From a virus (lineage: Duplodnaviria > Caudoviricetes), in IMG/VR virus record IMGVR_UViG_3300025838_000072, positions 1 to 39,215 of that record: a stretch of 39,215 nt of DNA. One strand, given 5' to 3'. This document shows, in pieces, positions 36,269 to 39,215 of the stretch; within the stretch, counting starts at the first letter, position 1, and the number at the start of each line of letters is the position of its first letter. The notes beneath the pieces were generated by a model. That model had not been told where the DNA came from, did not search any database, and saw nothing but the letters and a program-made list of their open reading frames with translations. Both the position numbers and the translations under genes were made by a program.

Positions 36269-36912
36269 TGACATACCCTTATTCATACTCATCCATAAAA
36301 ACTTACGAAGAATGTCCGGCTAAATACAAGTTTAGTCGTATTCTTAGATTACCACAGCCAAGCGGTCCAGCCGCTGAACGTGGCACGTTAATTCATGCCG
36401 AGATTGAAGAAGCTTTAAATGGTGGACTAGTTTTACTATCAGCTGATGTTGAGCATTTAGCCAATAGTATAGAAGTTTGGCGAAAAAGTGGTGCACAATC
36501 AGAGCTTGAATTTGCATTTGACAAGCATTGGCATGAGGTTTCATACAAAAGCGATAGTGCAATCTTTCGTGGCATTATTGACCTGTATATGGAGCATGAT
36601 GATCAAGCGGTTGTAATTGACTTTAAGACCGGTAAAGAACGTGATTATCAAGATCAGGTGAAGGTGTATTCAGCTGCTATTTTAGCAACTAAGCCACACA
36701 TTAACTCAGTCCGTAATATCATTGAGTTTATCGACCAAAAGAAGACTAAAGAGTATGTGCCTGTAAGACGTGAAAACTTAAGTGAGCTTAAATCATTGTT
36801 AATTGGCAGACTAATGGCTGTTGAGTTGGATAAGATTTATGCACCAAACCCAAACCAGTTTTGTAGATGGTGTCATTATCGTAAAGACAATGGTGGCCCA
36901 TGTAAATGGTAA
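36268..36912 (+). CDS. PD-(D/E)XK (Cas4/RecB-like) exonuclease
   Basis: SYS...Y..CP, RGT.IH, RGIIDL, IDFKTG and C-terminal CRWC.....C. Confidence 0.85.
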   Translation: MTYPYSYSSIKTYEECPAKYKFSRILRLPQPSGPAAERGTLIHAEIEEALNGGLVLLSADVEHLANSIEVWRKSGAQSELEFAFDKHWHEVSYKSDSAIFRGIIDLYMEHDDQAVVIDFKTGKERDYQDQVKVYSAAILATKPHINSVRNIIEFIDQKKTKEYVPVRRENLSELKSLLIGRLMAVELDKIYAPNPNQFCRWCHYRKDNGGPCKW

Positions 36913-36922
36913 AGGATGAACA

Positions 36923-37129
36923 ATGAACAAGACTGAAGTAGTACCACTTAAACGCGCCAAAGTTAAACGTATTACTGTGTATGTGCCTACAGAGATTGAC
37001 CGTATTAGGGATAGACTGCAGGATGACACAGGTGTCAAAATGTCATATGTACAAGTGTTTAGATTTCTAATTCACTTTTACATGCAAAGAGCTAATGAAC
37101 CAAAAACACGATGGGCAGCACTAAAATGA
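36923..37129 (+). CDS. Small putative DNA-binding protein (ribbon-helix-helix-like)
   Basis: KRITVYVP beta strand followed by two helices. AAGGA RBS. Confidence 0.45.
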   Translation: MNKTEVVPLKRAKVKRITVYVPTEIDRIRDRLQDDTGVKMSYVQVFRFLIHFYMQRANEPKTRWAALK

Positions 37130-37278
37130 TTACACCAGACTTTAAGTTTGAACTATGGTTATCCGTTGAGAGTATTAGATTTATTTGTGCAACTATTTGC
37201 ATTTCTTTTGTTGTTCTATTTGCTATTATCGCAATGATATGCAAAGGAAATAAAAATGACGAAAAAGCAAAAGATTGA
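37126..37278 (+). CDS. 50-aa single-TM protein
   Basis: ATGA overlap. FICATICISFVVLFAIIAMIC. Confidence 0.5.
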   Translation: MITPDFKFELWLSVESIRFICATICISFVVLFAIIAMICKGNKNDEKAKD

Positions 37279-37417
37279 ACGTCTTAACTATTCATTAGGT
37301 CACTTGTATTTTTCATTGTGCTCTTTCTCAATGAATGAGCGCTGGGAAAAGTATATTTTGTGTGCCATGCTAATTCATGAATTTGAAGCGCTTATTAAAG
37401 AATTGGAATCATCATGA
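37256..37417 (+). CDS. 53-aa hypothetical protein
   Basis: AAGGA RBS. MTKKQKIERLNYSLGH...LIKELESS. ATGA overlap with the next gene. Confidence 0.55.
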   Translation: MTKKQKIERLNYSLGHLYFSLCSFSMNERWEKYILCAMLIHEFEALIKELESS

Positions 37418-37596
37418 CTAAAGAAGAAATCATTAAGATGGTTAAACAAACTCAATTTTTTAAAATGATCACAATTCAAGCAAATGGAGAAGCTATATAC
37501 ACCTTTGACATAAATGCTCTTGAATCTTTTGCTAATTTGGTAGCTCAAAAAGAACGAAGAGAGATTATTGAGTGGCTTTGCTATTACAAGGATTAA
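37414..37596 (+). CDS. Cassette-family small protein (MTKEEII...LESFANLVAQKER)
   Basis: Paralogous motifs with the 37829 and 38122 genes. Confidence 0.7.
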   Translation: MTKEEIIKMVKQTQFFKMITIQANGEAIYTFDINALESFANLVAQKERREIIEWLCYYKD

Positions 37597-37598
37597 AC

Positions 37599-37832
37599 AT
37601 GACTAAAGAAATAGTTTTAATGAATGGATTCGGATCAATAGCAAAAACTGCTTTTGTTGTTGTTAAAACCTCAGACGATCAAATTCAATTTTCAACTGAA
37701 ACTGGGTTTGGATCATTGTTTACAGATAAAGTAAAAACAGGCAATGGTCAAACAGTTGGAGAAAGAAACAGAGCTAATCTCCATGCCATGTTAGATGCAT
37801 GGATTGACAAAAAAGAATGGGTGCAAGAATGA
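37599..37832 (+). CDS. Hypothetical protein (77 aa)
   Basis: AAGGA RBS, ATG 37599. Ends in the CAAGAATGA junction. Confidence 0.65.
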   Translation: MTKEIVLMNGFGSIAKTAFVVVKTSDDQIQFSTETGFGSLFTDKVKTGNGQTVGERNRANLHAMLDAWIDKKEWVQE

Positions 37833-38125
37833 CTGACAAAGAAATCATAGAGATGGCTAAACAGACTGGATTGGCTATTGGCGTTGCTTTGGATGGCTCA
37901 AAGTTCGTTGGAAAGCATGAAGACAAATCGTTTGCTGTTGGTCGTTTGCCACTAGAAGACTTTGTGGCCTTTGTTAAACTGGTAGCAGAAAAAGAACGTA
38001 AGGCGTGTGCTGAAATTTGTGATGGTTTTTACTTATCATGGATAGACATACAAGGTAGATATGAATTCATGGGTGAGGGAGCAAGTGAATGTGCTGGTGC
38101 AATCCGAGCAAGGGGACAAGAATGA
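37829..38125 (+). CDS. Cassette-family small protein (MTDKEIIEMA...AIRARGQE)
   Basis: ATGA overlap and shared N-terminal, middle and C-terminal motifs. Confidence 0.75.
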   Translation: MTDKEIIEMAKQTGLAIGVALDGSKFVGKHEDKSFAVGRLPLEDFVAFVKLVAEKERKACAEICDGFYLSWIDIQGRYEFMGEGASECAGAIRARGQE

Positions 38126-38331
38126 CTAACGAAGAAATTATAGAGATGGCTAGAGAAGCAAATTTACCAAGTTGTTTAGCAACGTATCCAAAAGCACTTG
38201 AACGATTTGCAAAACTGATAGCAGAAAAAGAACGTGATGAATGTGCAAGGATTGCAGATGAATGGGTGCTTGCATACCCACATCCATCAAAAACTATTGC
38301 TGAAACAATCCGAGCAAGGGGACAAGAATGA
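38122..38331 (+). CDS. Cassette-family small protein (MTNEEIIEMA...TIRARGQE)
   Basis: ATGA overlap and AGGGG RBS inside the junction repeat. Confidence 0.75.
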   Translation: MTNEEIIEMAREANLPSCLATYPKALERFAKLIAEKERDECARIADEWVLAYPHPSKTIAETIRARGQE

Positions 38332-38534
38332 CTAATGAACTACCAACTGCATTTCCTTGGACGCATAAAGACATTACTTGTACAGGTATGACATTGCGTG
38401 ACTACTTTGCGGCAAAGGCTATGCAAGCAATTATTGGTAGAGAAGACAACAGATTTACAACAACTCTTGAGTTTGTGGGTGGTAAGGCTTACCAGTATGC
38501 AGACGCAATGATAAAAGCAAGGGGACAAGAATGA
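38328..38534 (+). CDS. Small phage protein of the GMTLRDYFAAKAMQ family
   Basis: AFP...GMTLRDYFAAKAMQ...AY..ADAM.KAR. Confidence 0.75.
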   Translation: MTNELPTAFPWTHKDITCTGMTLRDYFAAKAMQAIIGREDNRFTTTLEFVGGKAYQYADAMIKARGQE

Positions 38535-38884
38535 AAACCAATTATCCATCTTATTGTTGCCAAAAATGTGGTGAATTGATTGGCTGGATTGGTCGTGTTA
38601 TGCCGTTTCATAAATGCAAAGAGAAAAACATGAATCCATTACCAAGATATAACGAAAAAGGTGAGTTAGACACTAGATTAAGGGTAGACCCAGTAACTGG
38701 TGATGTAGGCATAGGAACGGCTAAAGAATTTGTTACCTTTTACAAACCTCCTGAACCTGTTGGTTATTGGTGTTTATATGGTGGCTCACCAACAACAACA
38801 TTTGCAATGTATCAAAAGCCAACTGATGAACAAATTAAAAACACAACTGAGTTGTTGGGATGGATTTGGAAGGATGCGAAATGA
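38531..38884 (+). CDS. Hypothetical protein, N-terminal Cys/His zinc-finger-like module
   Basis: CCQKCGE.IGW.......HKC followed by an unrelated-looking region. Confidence 0.6.
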   Translation: MKTNYPSYCCQKCGELIGWIGRVMPFHKCKEKNMNPLPRYNEKGELDTRLRVDPVTGDVGIGTAKEFVTFYKPPEPVGYWCLYGGSPTTTFAMYQKPTDEQIKNTTELLGWIWKDAK

Positions 38885-39215
38885 CTAAAGATGAAGCATT
38901 ACAACTTGCATTGAAGGCGTTGGGAAGCAATCGTAGAACGCATCATTACTGCGAGGACACATGGTATTCATGCCCTAAGCATGAAGATGGATGCGCCAAT
39001 GATTCTGAGGGCGACGAGTGCAACTGTGGGGCTGATAAAGTGAATGCTGGAATTGACCAAGCCATCACCGCCATTAATGAAGCACTAGAAACAAAAGATG
39101 AGCCTGTGTCGGATAAATTAGAACGTTTGCTATGGGAGTTTATTGACCTAAAAGCCATGCATCCAAATCACAATCCTGATCCAAGAACATGGCCTCATGT
39201 TTTTGCATATGCTCC
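38881..39215 (+). CDS. Hypothetical protein (partial, runs off the window)
   Basis: ATGA overlap. MTKDEALQLALKAL...HHYCEDTWYSCPKH..GC....ECNCGAD...AITAINEALE...EPV, open to the end. Confidence 0.7.
   Translation, partial: MTKDEALQLALKALGSNRRTHHYCEDTWYSCPKHEDGCANDSEGDECNCGADKVNAGIDQAITAINEALETKDEPVSDKLERLLWEFIDLKAMHPNHNPDPRTWPHVFAYA

Larger units (their letters stand above)
38100..38534 (+). repeat. Dispersed direct repeats at gene junctions
   Basis: CAATCCGAGCAAGGGGACAAGAATGACTAA is identical at 38100-38129 and 38306-38335. The 19-nt core AGCAAGGGGACAAGAATGA recurs at 38516-38534. Confidence 0.9.

Noticed and set aside
36268-36912. Cas4-like nuclease as evidence of CRISPR-Cas
   Set aside because: Stand-alone PD-(D/E)XK exonucleases next to PolA are ordinary phage replication/recombination genes.
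38100-38534. 30-bp repeats as a CRISPR array or integron attC sites
   Set aside because: The intervals are about 180-190 nt of in-frame coding sequence, the repeats are not palindromic, and no integrase or cas genes are present.
1-39215. Alternative genetic code or prophage state
   Set aside because: Genes tile densely under code 11 using TAA, TGA and TAG stops. No integrase, repressor pair or host genes were seen.

Overview
The window is most of the genome of a tailed dsDNA bacteriophage. It is probably lytic and podovirus-like, and its Rz/Rz1 spanins indicate a Gram-negative host. Its gene content resembles uncultured freshwater phages (recalled, not searched). Two arms diverge from an AT-rich promoter region at about 30200-30460. 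The left arm (minus strand) runs: DUF932 protein, primase-helicase, iteron-rich candidate origin, terS, terL, a 1690-aa protein, portal, GroES-like co-chaperonin, scaffold, capsid and decoration proteins, Lys/His-rich basic proteins, head-tail adaptor, two tail fibres, and a lysis cassette ending in a GH19 endolysin that runs off the window. The right arm (plus strand) runs: small early genes, MazG-like pyrophosphatase, pyrimidine-dimer glycosylase-like protein, dCMP deaminase, putative SSB, family A DNA polymerase, PD-(D/E)XK nuclease, then an array of short genes joined by repeated junction sequences. The strongest unexplained signal is in the 1690-aa protein: it has about 61 Lys in residues 1-843 but no Lys and no Cys in the last 847 residues, which follow a degenerate PcfJ-like domain. 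Three head-module proteins are, by contrast, very Lys-rich and share a repeated x-[KA]-x-G-G motif. No integrase, tRNA, CRISPR array or reverse transcriptase was seen. All family calls come from motif recognition, not database searches.
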